DNA of 61,217 nt from Candidatus Woesearchaeota archaeon (GTDB taxonomy: Archaea > Nanobdellota > Nanobdellia > Woesearchaeales > ARS49): the NCBI GenBank assembly GCA_038884575.1, contig JAWABQ010000003.1:1-61217 (forward strand), read 5' to 3'. The notes below the pieces were generated by a model. That model made no database searches and was not told the DNA's origin. It saw only the letters and a program-made list of their open reading frames with translations. The position numbers and the translations under genes were made by a program. Of the stretch, positions 15,697-24,800 are shown one piece after another; position 1 is the stretch's first letter; each line of letters opens with the position of its first letter.

Positions 15697-16623
15697 ATGG
15701 CAATAGCAATAATTTCAGACATTCATGGCAACATTGAAGCCCTTGATGCGGTCCTTAATGACATTTCAGAACAGGAGCAAAAGCACGGCATAAAGGAAAT
15801 CCACTGCCTGGGTGACATTGTCGGCTATGGTCCTGACCCTGCTGAGTGCATCCAACGGGTCAGGGAGCACTGCAGTGTTGTGATTGGGGGAAGCCATGAG
15901 GAAAGTGTCTGCTATATTCCAAAGGGCGTAATGGCAAGCCTTTACAGCATCAATGCAGTCCCGTCAATACTCTGGACAAGGCGCTTGCTGCACACGACAG
16001 CAAAGGAACTGGTTGTTTATATCTCAAAACTGCCTTATGTCAAATTGCCGAATGCTGACGATGAACAAAAGCGCATTGCAGAAGTGCACGGCACGCTCTG
16101 CCATGCAATGCAGGATTATGACAGCATCATGTGGAAGAAAAGGCATCCAAACAACCCGCCTCACGGCACCATTGCCTGCGCAAGCATAAATGGCTATGCA
16201 ACAATCGCTGACAATTATCCTGAGGGCGAGAATAATGTCGGCAGGTGCTTTGCATCGCTTCAGAAAATAAGCAGGGCGGTATGCTTTGTTGGCCATTCGC
16301 ATGTTGCAGAGGCATTCTGCTGGAATCCTGAAAAACAAAATTTTAATCATGTGCCGGTAAAAGGAAAACAGGATTGCTGGAAATCCGAGAGCATAGAACT
16401 CAAGCTTGTTTCCGGCAATTATTATGTCATAAACCCGGGCTCTGTTGGCCAGCCAAGGGATGAGGACTCAAGGGCAAGCTATTGCATTTACAAGAATGAC
16501 AGGGTGATATGCAGAAAAGTGCCTTATGAGGTGGTTGATACGATGCGCAAGATAATGAGGATTACCGAGCTTAATGAGAACCTGAGGGCATATTTGGCAG
16601 CAAGGCTCCTGGTTGGGCATTAG
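15697..16623 (+). CDS. Metallophosphoesterase (calcineurin-like phosphoesterase superfamily)
   Basis: It carries IAIISDIHGN, LGDIVGYGPDP, GGSHE and VGHSHV metal-ligand motifs. ATG 15697 is preferred over the listed TTG 15661. Confidence 0.8.
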   Translation: MAIAIISDIHGNIEALDAVLNDISEQEQKHGIKEIHCLGDIVGYGPDPAECIQRVREHCSVVIGGSHEESVCYIPKGVMASLYSINAVPSILWTRRLLHTTAKELVVYISKLPYVKLPNADDEQKRIAEVHGTLCHAMQDYDSIMWKKRHPNNPPHGTIACASINGYATIADNYPEGENNVGRCFASLQKISRAVCFVGHSHVAEAFCWNPEKQNFNHVPVKGKQDCWKSESIELKLVSGNYYVINPGSVGQPRDEDSRASYCIYKNDRVICRKVPYEVVDTMRKIMRITELNENLRAYLAARLLVGH

Positions 16624-16943
16624 CAAAACCTGTACAGCTTCTTTTCAAAACCAACAATTCTTCCTTTTTTCACAATTACGCCCTCTTTTTTGAGCAATGC
16701 AATCTTTTTGGCAATTTTTTTGCCTGATTTTGCGCCCTTGTATCCGCCAATTTTTCCATCAGAACAAACAACACGGTGGCATGGGACTTTGGGGGCATAA
16801 GGGTTGTTCTTCAATGCAACGCCGACAGCCCTGTAGACCTGCCCGTAGCCTCCAAGGGCATTGCCTATCTCGCGGTAAGTTGAGACCCTGCCTTTTGGGA
16901 TTTTTTTGCAGATTTTGTAGACTTTTTCCGAGAATCTGGTCAT
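16620..16943 (-). CDS. ogt: Methylated-DNA--protein-cysteine methyltransferase (MGMT/Ogt C-terminal domain only)
   Basis: It has the active-site motif VPCHRVV and the helix-turn-helix segment TYREIGNALG. The start overlaps the upstream gene's stop (ATGA). Confidence 0.85.
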   Translation of the reverse strand: MTRFSEKVYKICKKIPKGRVSTYREIGNALGGYGQVYRAVGVALKNNPYAPKVPCHRVVCSDGKIGGYKGAKSGKKIAKKIALLKKEGVIVKKGRIVGFEKKLYRFC

Positions 16944-17698
16944 GCAGGCTTTGGAACAGGGCTTATTGTGGCATTTATTTTGTAATAGAACCTGTCAGCA
17001 GGCACCCCTTTGCCGTTCTGGTGCAGCATTTCGTATATCTCAGGCCTTGCTTCAATGAATATGATTCCTGGCAGGTCCTTTACTTTTGCAGAGATTTCAG
17101 CTGCCTGGCAGTATCCTATATCCCTTGTTTTTGACAAATCAATCACGACCCGCCTTTGCTTGGCGCACAGGTATGCTGCATTCAGCTTTTCCTCAAATGT
17201 CTCGCCGTGCCAGAGGTCTTTCCTGTTCCAGTGGTCGTCTATGAATCCGGGCGCTGAAACAACAAGGTCCCCTTCCTGCTGCTGGTATGGCTGCTTGGCG
17301 ACCTTTTGCAGGTATACGACTGCGCCGCCGTTCCTCAGCCTGCTTACCTTGATGTTGAACAAGAAGCTTGTTTCCTTGTTGCTTGAGCTGTAAGGCACCC
17401 CTTTCAGCTCAAAGAACTTCTTGCCCTGTTTGTCAAACTGTTCCTGGCAGATTTCGCGCAGCCTTTTGAATACTTCTGGCTGGAGCTTGAGGCTGTCTAT
17501 AAGTATCTGGTCGCTGCTGTAGCCAAGCCGCAGTTCTGCAGCGCGGGTTGCCATAACAAACCTGTAGTCTGCGTCAAGAAGGAGTGCTGTCTCATTGGTC
17601 TTGTAAAAAGTGCCTATGAGTGCCTTTACCTGTTCTGGCCTGATTGTGCGGGCCAGGCGCTCAAGGTTTGACTCAGGAACATCGTTCTTTTCTTCCAT
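16940..17698 (-). CDS. Hypothetical protein; N-terminal PAS-like and C-terminal STAS-like regions (tentative)
   Basis: ALLLDADYRFVMATRAAELRLGYSSDQIL resembles a PAS core. VVIDLSKTRDIGYCQAAEISAKVKDLPGIIFIEARPEIYEML resembles an anti-sigma-antagonist (STAS) fold. This is recognition by eye only. Confidence 0.3.
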   Translation of the reverse strand: MEEKNDVPESNLERLARTIRPEQVKALIGTFYKTNETALLLDADYRFVMATRAAELRLGYSSDQILIDSLKLQPEVFKRLREICQEQFDKQGKKFFELKGVPYSSSNKETSFLFNIKVSRLRNGGAVVYLQKVAKQPYQQQEGDLVVSAPGFIDDHWNRKDLWHGETFEEKLNAAYLCAKQRRVVIDLSKTRDIGYCQAAEISAKVKDLPGIIFIEARPEIYEMLHQNGKGVPADRFYYKINATISPVPKPA

Positions 17699-17722
17699 AA
17701 CTGTTTATTCCCTATTGCTTGT

Positions 17723-18847
17723 TTATAAATGTATTCCTTTTAAAAGCGCCCTAAAGCCTGCATTTCCGGGATTCAGCCTGTAATGGATTGCCCAGTATAT
17801 TATGTCCGCAATGGGCGCAATTTCTTGCTGTGCTGCAAAAGTGCACAGCTGTGTGACATTGTGCGGCTTTTTCGCCTTGTGCGTGCGCTCAAAGTCTATC
17901 ATGACAACCTTTCCTTTTGGGGTGACAATTGCATTTTTCAGAGTCCTTAGCATTTCCTCCTTGGCAAGCCCTGCATTGTCAAGTATAAATGCCTGCCTGA
18001 ACAACTGCCTGAAAAGCTGCTTTTTAGCCTTTGTCGTGGCGTCTGCCAATACGTCCTCAAAATATTTGCCAGGAACATACTCGTAAACAACAAAATCCTT
18101 TTTTGCAACAAACAATCTTGGGCCAAGACCAAGCCTGTTCACGACCTTGAGCATTTTTCCCTCTTTTGCAGGAGCATTGGCAGCAGAATCAGGACGCTTG
18201 ACCTTCACAACGCAGTCTTTTCCCTTGTATTTGCCATTGAAAATCCAGCCCCTCTTGCCCCTTGTGAGGTATTTTAGCTGTTTTGCCCCTGCCTTTTCAA
18301 TCTTTTTCAGCAGTGCAGACTTTTCAATTTTGTAAACAAACAAGTCCTCAAAAAAAATGTGCAATCTGTCAAGCTCTGCAAAAGTGAGAAGGGTTAGTTT
18401 TATTGCCTGTTCAATGCATTTTTTGTTGCTGAGAGAAGAAAAAAGCAGCAGGATAATCCCGTTTGTGGCAAGAAATGCATTTGCGCTTTCCAAAAACCTG
18501 AAAATTGTCTCATATCCTTTTTTGCCGCCCTCAAGCGCAACATCACGCTCTGGAAGTTCCTGAGGCAAATAAGGCGGATTAAAGATTATTGTGTCAAACT
18601 CGCCCTTAACGTTGTCAAACAGGTCGCTCTGCAAACACTTTATTTTCCTGCTTGCAATATTCCTCTTGCAGTGCCTGACAGCAGCAGGATTTATGTCAAC
18701 AGCAAGCACTGACCTCACTGATTTCTTTTTTGCAGCAGCCAATGCCTGTATCCCAGAGCCGGTGCCCATGTCAAGGACTCTGCCTTTTGCCAGTTTCTTG
18801 ACGTGCTTTTCAAGCAATAATGAGTCTTCTTTTGGCGGATAAATCAT
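17723..18847 (-). CDS. Fusion protein: N-terminal HemK/Mtq2-like N5-glutamine (NPPY) methyltransferase plus a C-terminal Bud32/RIO-like small kinase-fold domain with a degenerate catalytic loop
   Basis: In the MTase part, VLDMGTGSGI is the SAM motif I and IIFNPPYLP is the NPPY motif. In the kinase-like part, the motifs are RGKRGWIFNG (G-loop), VVKVKR (Lys), EGKMLKVV (alpha-C Glu), VVYEYVPG (hinge) and VMIDFE (metal-binding Asp). LAKEEMLRTLKNAIV stands where HGDLxxxN is expected. Confidence 0.6.
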   Translation of the reverse strand: MIYPPKEDSLLLEKHVKKLAKGRVLDMGTGSGIQALAAAKKKSVRSVLAVDINPAAVRHCKRNIASRKIKCLQSDLFDNVKGEFDTIIFNPPYLPQELPERDVALEGGKKGYETIFRFLESANAFLATNGIILLLFSSLSNKKCIEQAIKLTLLTFAELDRLHIFFEDLFVYKIEKSALLKKIEKAGAKQLKYLTRGKRGWIFNGKYKGKDCVVKVKRPDSAANAPAKEGKMLKVVNRLGLGPRLFVAKKDFVVYEYVPGKYFEDVLADATTKAKKQLFRQLFRQAFILDNAGLAKEEMLRTLKNAIVTPKGKVVMIDFERTHKAKKPHNVTQLCTFAAQQEIAPIADIIYWAIHYRLNPGNAGFRALLKGIHL

Positions 18848-19758
18848 GGCAGATACTCACAAACAAATCCTGTTAAAAGATAGTCTAATACGTCTCCTTT
18901 CATGTATTCGTGATACAACACCCAGCTCTGGCCGTCAAACAAGACAGGCAATTTCTTAAACCTCTTGCAGAACAGGAACGTGTTGAATGCCTTCAGTCTT
19001 GCTTCAGAATCTTCAGGATACTGGCTTGTGAACTCATTCTGGTCAACATTGCTTATGAGCGTTATTGATGACGGACCATAATTGACAGTCTCCTTTAGCC
19101 CGTACATTGTTCCGCTAAGCGCAGACAGCAGGTCATACCGCCAGTAGCCTATGACGAGGTGGTCGTCCTCGTGCTGCAGCATGGCTATTCTTCCCTTGCT
19201 GTCATAATAGACGTCTGTCTTTATGTTTTGCTTGTAAATCGCCTTTGTCCTGTTGTAATCATCGTACTCGAATTCTGTTGCAGTCCCGCCGTCCCTTGCA
19301 ATGCTGCTCAGCCTTCCTTTTGAGTCATATGCTGCCGAGAGCCTTTCACCATTTTCCATCGAGACAAGCTTTCCTTTTGAGGTGTATGAGAAAATCCACT
19401 GCCTTGACCCTTTTTCAGCGCGTATCACGCGCCATTCAGGGTCGTAATGGAATTTTACAGGATTTATGCCGTCGTCTATGCCTGTTATTTTGCTGTTTTG
19501 ATATGTGATGACAACTGTTTTTGAGGAGCTGTTGAGCAGGACAAGGTTTCCTGCCTGGTTAAAGCCCCAGAGTATTGACTCATTGCCCCTTAGCTGGTAT
19601 ACTTTGGTGAAGGGTGCAGGGATTGTTCTTTCAGGCACTGGCGCAATAGCCGGTTTTGGCGCTGGCTTTATTTTTTCCGCAATTGTCTGCGGCTCCTGGT
19701 ATTCTGGAACGCAGGCGGCGAGGAATAGCGCAGCCAGCAGTGCAAATGCGATTTTCAT
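18844..19758 (-). CDS. Lipoprotein with YD (RHS-type) repeats
   Basis: The start is taken at MKIAFALLAALFLAAC (lipobox-like LAAC), which avoids overlap with the upstream gene. YD-repeat units are AAYDSKGRLSSI, FEYDDYNRTKAI, VYYDSKGRIAML and HYDPEWRVIRA. Confidence 0.65.
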   Translation of the reverse strand: MKIAFALLAALFLAACVPEYQEPQTIAEKIKPAPKPAIAPVPERTIPAPFTKVYQLRGNESILWGFNQAGNLVLLNSSSKTVVITYQNSKITGIDDGINPVKFHYDPEWRVIRAEKGSRQWIFSYTSKGKLVSMENGERLSAAYDSKGRLSSIARDGGTATEFEYDDYNRTKAIYKQNIKTDVYYDSKGRIAMLQHEDDHLVIGYWRYDLLSALSGTMYGLKETVNYGPSSITLISNVDQNEFTSQYPEDSEARLKAFNTFLFCKRFKKLPVLFDGQSWVLYHEYMKGDVLDYLLTGFVCEYLP

Positions 19759-19762
19759 TTTT

Positions 19763-20710
19763 TTAGTATGGCCTGAACAGCCAGAACCATATTCTCCTGA
19801 ATAATCCTGTGGGCTTGTACTGTATTGTGCCGTCCTCAAGCATTTTCACGATTGCGTCAGCGCGCCTGTCAGCCTGCCTTATGCTATTAAGTGCGTTTTC
19901 TGTGATGTGCACTTCCATTGACGTGTCATTCAGCGCGTACGGGTGGACTTCCTGAACCACGTTCTTTGTTGTCACGGCGCTGGCAATATACTCGTTGCCG
20001 TCATTCATCTTGATGTAAAAGTTTATTTCCTCGTCGTCAAAGTATTCAAGCTGCTCAGGCAGCACCTCGCCTACATAATCCTCAATGACAAACCCGGCAA
20101 TCTCTGTCTTGCCTGCCTTGCGCGTTATGTCCTCTATTGTCGGCACTGAAATCTCGTCTGTTGTGACATTATGCTGCACAGGGCTTATGCTGATGTTCTC
20201 CTCCTTGACCACGCACGTGCAGTTCTGGCAGCGCCTGCTTCTTGCGCAGTCATCGTCGCTTTCGCAGTCCTCGTTGCCCTCAACCTTGCCGTCGCCGCAC
20301 GTGGAAAGCCTGATGACAGGGCCTGACGGGATGCAGTCGCAGGTCTTTGGGTCGCAGACAAGGTCTATTCCGATTGCCATTGAAATGTTTGGGCAGTAGT
20401 CAGGCGTTGCCCTTTTGCCAGGGTCGCACATCTCAACGCCCTCGATGATGTTGTTTCCGCAGTCTTTTGCGCTCCTGTCAGGCAGGCAGTTGCATGTCTG
20501 CTCATTGCACACCATTGCAATCTTGAGTATCTTGCCGATTGAGGGGCATAAATCATATGCAGTGTCTGGCTCGCAGACCTCATAGCCCTCCCTTATGCCA
20601 TTGCCGCACTTCTGCTCTGTAAGCGATGACGGGATGACGCTGGCGTATGCTGCTGCTGAAACAAGGGCAAAAGCAAGGATTATTGCAAGAGGCGGTTTCA
20701 TTTTAACCAA
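19763..20710 (-). CDS. Secreted Cys-rich protein with three CG(N/D)GxxExxExC(D/E) repeats (resembling the Myxococcus-type cysteine-rich repeat)
   Basis: The signal peptide is MVKMKPPLAIILAFALVSAAAYA. The repeats are CGNGIREGYEVCEPD, CGNNIIEGVEMCDPG and CGDGKVEGNEDCESD, each followed by further paired Cys. Confidence 0.6.
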   Translation of the reverse strand: MVKMKPPLAIILAFALVSAAAYASVIPSSLTEQKCGNGIREGYEVCEPDTAYDLCPSIGKILKIAMVCNEQTCNCLPDRSAKDCGNNIIEGVEMCDPGKRATPDYCPNISMAIGIDLVCDPKTCDCIPSGPVIRLSTCGDGKVEGNEDCESDDDCARSRRCQNCTCVVKEENISISPVQHNVTTDEISVPTIEDITRKAGKTEIAGFVIEDYVGEVLPEQLEYFDDEEINFYIKMNDGNEYIASAVTTKNVVQEVHPYALNDTSMEVHITENALNSIRQADRRADAIVKMLEDGTIQYKPTGLFRRIWFWLFRPY

Positions 20711-21476
20711 ACCAGCTCCCTATCCACCTGAAGAATCTCTTGACTGCGTTGGCAATCCCGCGAGTCACGCTTATCCCTTTTGAATCATCAAAGTTCTCTG
20801 TTGGCAGGGGTGAGCGCTCTTCTGGCGCTGAAGGCGTCTGCTCGGTAGGTGCTGGCTGCTGGGCAGGCTGTGGCTGTGCTGCAGGAGCTTGTGTTGTTGG
20901 CGGCTGTGTTGTTGTGGTGACATTGTGCTGCACTGTTGTGGTCTGCTGGGCTGTCTGCGTGCTTGCAGAGGCAAGGGTCTTGCACTGGCACCCTCCAAAT
21001 CCCTGCGCGTTCGGCCTTGTGCACTGTCCTATGTTTCCGTCATTGTCATAGCATATCTTGTCAGGAGGGTCGCACTGCTCGCCTGCGTCAAGCTTGTGGT
21101 TTCCGCAGGTTGGTCCTGTTGTGGTGCTGCTTGTGCCTGTATATGTTGCGGTTGTGTTTTTTCCAATGCACCTTCCTTCCTCGCACCTGGTGAAGCCGTA
21201 GCGCTCGCAGTCAATGTCCTCATACTTTCGCTGGAGCACGTCGCTCACTTTTGTGCAGTAGTATTCGCGCACAAACCTTCCTGTGCTGACATGGTAGCCG
21301 TCTTTTCCGCTTACACACTCGTCAAACTTCTCTGTCAGGCCATAAGTCACAGAGCCTTTCTCATCAATGGTCTTCTTGATGTCATCATCCTTGTCAGAAT
21401 CTATGCAGTCAACAGCAAGGACAGAAGTGATGTTAAGCAGTATGCAGAACAATGCAATAAGCGCCAGTTTTCTCAT
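20703..21476 (-). CDS. Secreted Cys-rich protein with a T/Q/P-rich low-complexity linker
   Basis: The signal peptide is MRKLALIALFCILLNITSVLA. It has an N-terminal CxDSD ... EYYC ... CxxGxC module, one CGNHKLDAGEQCDPPD repeat, and the linker TQTAQQTTTVQHNVTTTTQPPTTQAPAAQPQPAQQPAP. Confidence 0.6.
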   Translation of the reverse strand: MRKLALIALFCILLNITSVLAVDCIDSDKDDDIKKTIDEKGSVTYGLTEKFDECVSGKDGYHVSTGRFVREYYCTKVSDVLQRKYEDIDCERYGFTRCEEGRCIGKNTTATYTGTSSTTTGPTCGNHKLDAGEQCDPPDKICYDNDGNIGQCTRPNAQGFGGCQCKTLASASTQTAQQTTTVQHNVTTTTQPPTTQAPAAQPQPAQQPAPTEQTPSAPEERSPLPTENFDDSKGISVTRGIANAVKRFFRWIGSWFG

Positions 21477-21519
21477 ATGCTTTCACGAGAACACGGCAGT
21501 ATAAAAATCTTACTTATAA

Positions 21520-21636
21520 TTAGAGCGCCAAAACAAGCCCTGCAACTGCCACAACAACAACCATGCCAACTATTGCTGCAAGAATGTGCCATTCATTGGA
21601 CTCGCGTTTATTAAGAAGTTCCTTTATGTCTTTCAT
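21520..21636 (-). CDS. Candidate 38-aa single-pass membrane peptide (could extend to ATG at 21675)
   Basis: My translation is MKDIKELLNKRESNEWHILAAIVGMVVVVAVAGLVLAL. It is the only plausible coding signal in the 329-nt gap, and no homology is recognised. Confidence 0.25.
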   Translation of the reverse strand: MKDIKELLNKRESNEWHILAAIVGMVVVVAVAGLVLAL

Positions 21637-21805
21637 CGTGGATTTCCTGACTCGGACATATTCCATTGTCATCAGGACTCCAAGAACTTTGTCGTTCACT
21701 CTTTCATCCCTCTTTTTGTCATCAATTGGTTACGCTGTTGTCCTTCACAAGCATAGAACTTGCTTTTAAGCATTATTGTTTGCCAAAATATATTCTGCAG
21801 AACAA

Positions 21806-24800
21806 TCAAGCACGGTCAAACGCTATTGTGAACTTCCTGTCCTTGACTTTGGGCTGTGAGGAATGTGCGTGCTTCCTTGCCAGCGGCTGGTCAGTGAGCT
21901 TTAACTGCTTTGCGCCGACCTTTTCTTTTATGGCCTCAGCCCATGGCTGGAGCATTGATACGAGTTGGCTGTCTGCCTGTATTGCAAGGGTAATCTGGTC
22001 GCGCTTGTCAAGCCCTGCCTCTTTCCTTAATGACTGGACATGGCGCATTATCTCCCTTGCAAAGCCCTCTGCCTCAAGCTGTTCTGTCCTTGTTGTGTCA
22101 AGGTAGATTACGAAATCCTTTGCCTCAACAGCTGCAATGTGCTTTGGAACCTGCCTTTCAATCATGAAATGCTCTGCGCCAAGCTCGACCTTTTCATTGC
22201 CTATGTTGAGCGTGACTTTCTTGTCTTTTGCCAGTGACTTGAGGATGCTTTGGTCACTTTCCTGGGCAATCTTGGCAATGATTTGCGGCGCCTTGTGCCC
22301 AAAGGTCTTGCCGATTGTGCCCTGGTTTGCCTTCACAACCTCTTTTACCTGCGCAAATTCCTTTCCTGAGATGATGTCCTTTGCATTTGTCTGGGTCTTT
22401 ATTATGCTGTCAAGAACCCTTGCTTGCTTTAGCAGTTCCTCATTGGCGCTGACGACAAAAATGCACTTGACAGGCCACCTCAGCGAGAGCTTTGCCTTTT
22501 CCCGCGCAGCAAGGGCTGCCTCAATAATCTTTCCTGCTGACTGCATCCCTGCCTCGATATCCTTGTTTATCTTTTTCTTGTCAGCAGCAGGCCAGCTGAA
22601 CAGGTGCACTGACTCCTCAGGCAGCTTGAATTCCTTTTTCAGGTTTTGATACATTTGCTCTGTGATGAATGGCGCAACAGGGGCAAACAGCTTCATTGTT
22701 TCAAGCAAGCAGCTGTAGAGCGTGTAAAGCACAACTTCCTTGTCATTCTCACTGCCCACAGCAGCCTTGTCCCTGACCAGCTGCACATAAGTCCTGCTGA
22801 GCGCAAGGAACAAGTCCTCAATCAGGCAAGGGACCTCATTGATATGGTAATTCTCAAACTTTTCAGTGGTTTCGGAGATCGTGCTGTTCAGCTTTGACAT
22901 GATGTAGCGCTCCTCGTCAGAGAAAAGGGTTTCCATCACTTTGGGGTCAAGGTCTGCGGGGTTTTTCCCGATTGTCTTTGCCAAATCAATCAGGAAGTTG
23001 TGTATGTTCCAAAGTATTATCAGGTTCTTGTACTTCAACTTTGCATCCTCGTGGTTGTAGTTCAGGTCCAAGCCGGGGTTTGCGGCGCCGATTGTGTAAA
23101 ACCTGAAAGTGTCAGCGCCGTACTTGTCAACAACCTCTGCAGGCTCAATGTAGTTGCCCAGCGACTTTGACATTTTCCTGCCAAGCGCATCCTGGATGTA
23201 GCCGTGCATGTAAACGTTTTTGTAGCTCTGCTTTCCAAAAGCCAAAACGCCTGCAACCATGAGCAGGTTGAACCAGCCCCTTATCTGGTCCTTACCCTCG
23301 AGGATGAACTCTGCAGGGAACAGGCTGTCAAACAGGTCTTTTCTGCCGGGATAGTCAAGGCAGTTCCAGCTCACTGTGCCTGCATCAACCCAGACATCCA
23401 TTATGTCAGGAATCCTGCGCTTTTTCTGCCCGCACTTGCATGGAATCTCGTGCCTGTCAATCCAGGGCCTGTGCAGCTCGACAATCTTCTTCTTTGACTT
23501 CTCCTCAAGCTCCTCAACAGTTGAAATGACCTCGTAATCACCGCAGCCAGGGCATTTCCATATCGGCACAGGAGTCCCCCAGTAGTTCTGCTTTGTGATG
23601 CTGTTGTCGCGCAAATTCTTCAGCCAGGAGTCAAACGCGTTCCAGGCGGCTTGCGGAACCCACTTTGATTTTTTGTGGAACTCAATCATTTGGGGCTTTA
23701 AATCCTCTACCTTGAAGAACCACTGCCTTGTTGTGCGGTAAATCACAGGGTTGTGGCACCTCTGGCAGTGAGCATATTCGTGCTCGACAGGAGCCTCTGC
23801 AATCAGCGCGCAGCGCTTTTTCAGCGCCTCAACAAACTTTTTGTCATCTTTTTTCGCAATTAGCCCTGAGAATTCCCCCATACCTTCAGGGAATCTGCCG
23901 TGCTCGTCAATGCTGTTCCAGGCGGGGATTTTGTTCCTGTAGCCAACCTCATAGTCCTCTGGGCCGCAGCCCGGCGCGCAGTGCACAAGCCCTGAGCCTG
24001 CGCTTGCATCAACATATTCCGATGAGAGGACGACAGTGTGGGTCTTTGGCGACTCTGACTTGATTTTCTTGTATTCTGCAACTGTGTCCTCAAACGGGTG
24101 CAGGTATTCTGTTCCTTCAATCTTGTTTCCTTTGAAAGTCTCAATAATTTTGGGGAATTCGCCGGCAATGCCCTGCACTATTGCATTGGCAAGCGCTTTT
24201 GCCAGTATCCAGACCTCGTTCTTCACCTGCACCCTGACATAGTCGAGATCGGGATTTACCATTACTGCAAGGTTGAAGGGGATTGTCCACGGGGTTGTTG
24301 TCCAGATTATCAAAAATTCATTTGGCTTGCCCTTGATTTTGAGCTTCACAAAAATGGAATTTTCCTTTACGTTCTCATATTCCAGCTCGTGCTTTGCAAG
24401 GTTTGTCTCGCAGTTTGCGCACCACGACATTGTCCTTAAGCCCTCATACAGCCTTCCCTGCTCGTGCGCCTTCTTCACAAGCAGCCATTCGCCTTCAATG
24501 AATTCCCTTGAAATCGGTATGTATGCCCTGTCAAAGTCCATCCAGACCCCGAGGCGCTCAAAGTCCCTGTTCATCTGGTGCATCATGTCAACAGCAAACT
24601 TTTCGCATTCCTTGTTGTACTTGTCAAGCCCAAATGCCTCAATGTCTTTGCGCAAAAACAAATTGTGCTTTTTCCTGATGTTGTTCTCAGTGGGCAGCCC
24701 GTGCATGTCATACCCTGCCCTGTCCCAGACCTCAAGGCCGCGCATCCTCTTGTAGCGCAGGATTGCGTCTTTCAGCGCCTTGTTCCATGCAGTGCCTATG

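Noticed and set aside
21666-22106. The plus-strand ORFs 21563-21769 and 21666-22106 in and beside the gap upstream of the ileS stop.
   Set aside because: They run antisense into ileS, their composition is Ser/Leu/Cys-rich, and no promoter is present. Only the short minus-strand TM peptide (21520-21636) is kept, as a low-confidence candidate.
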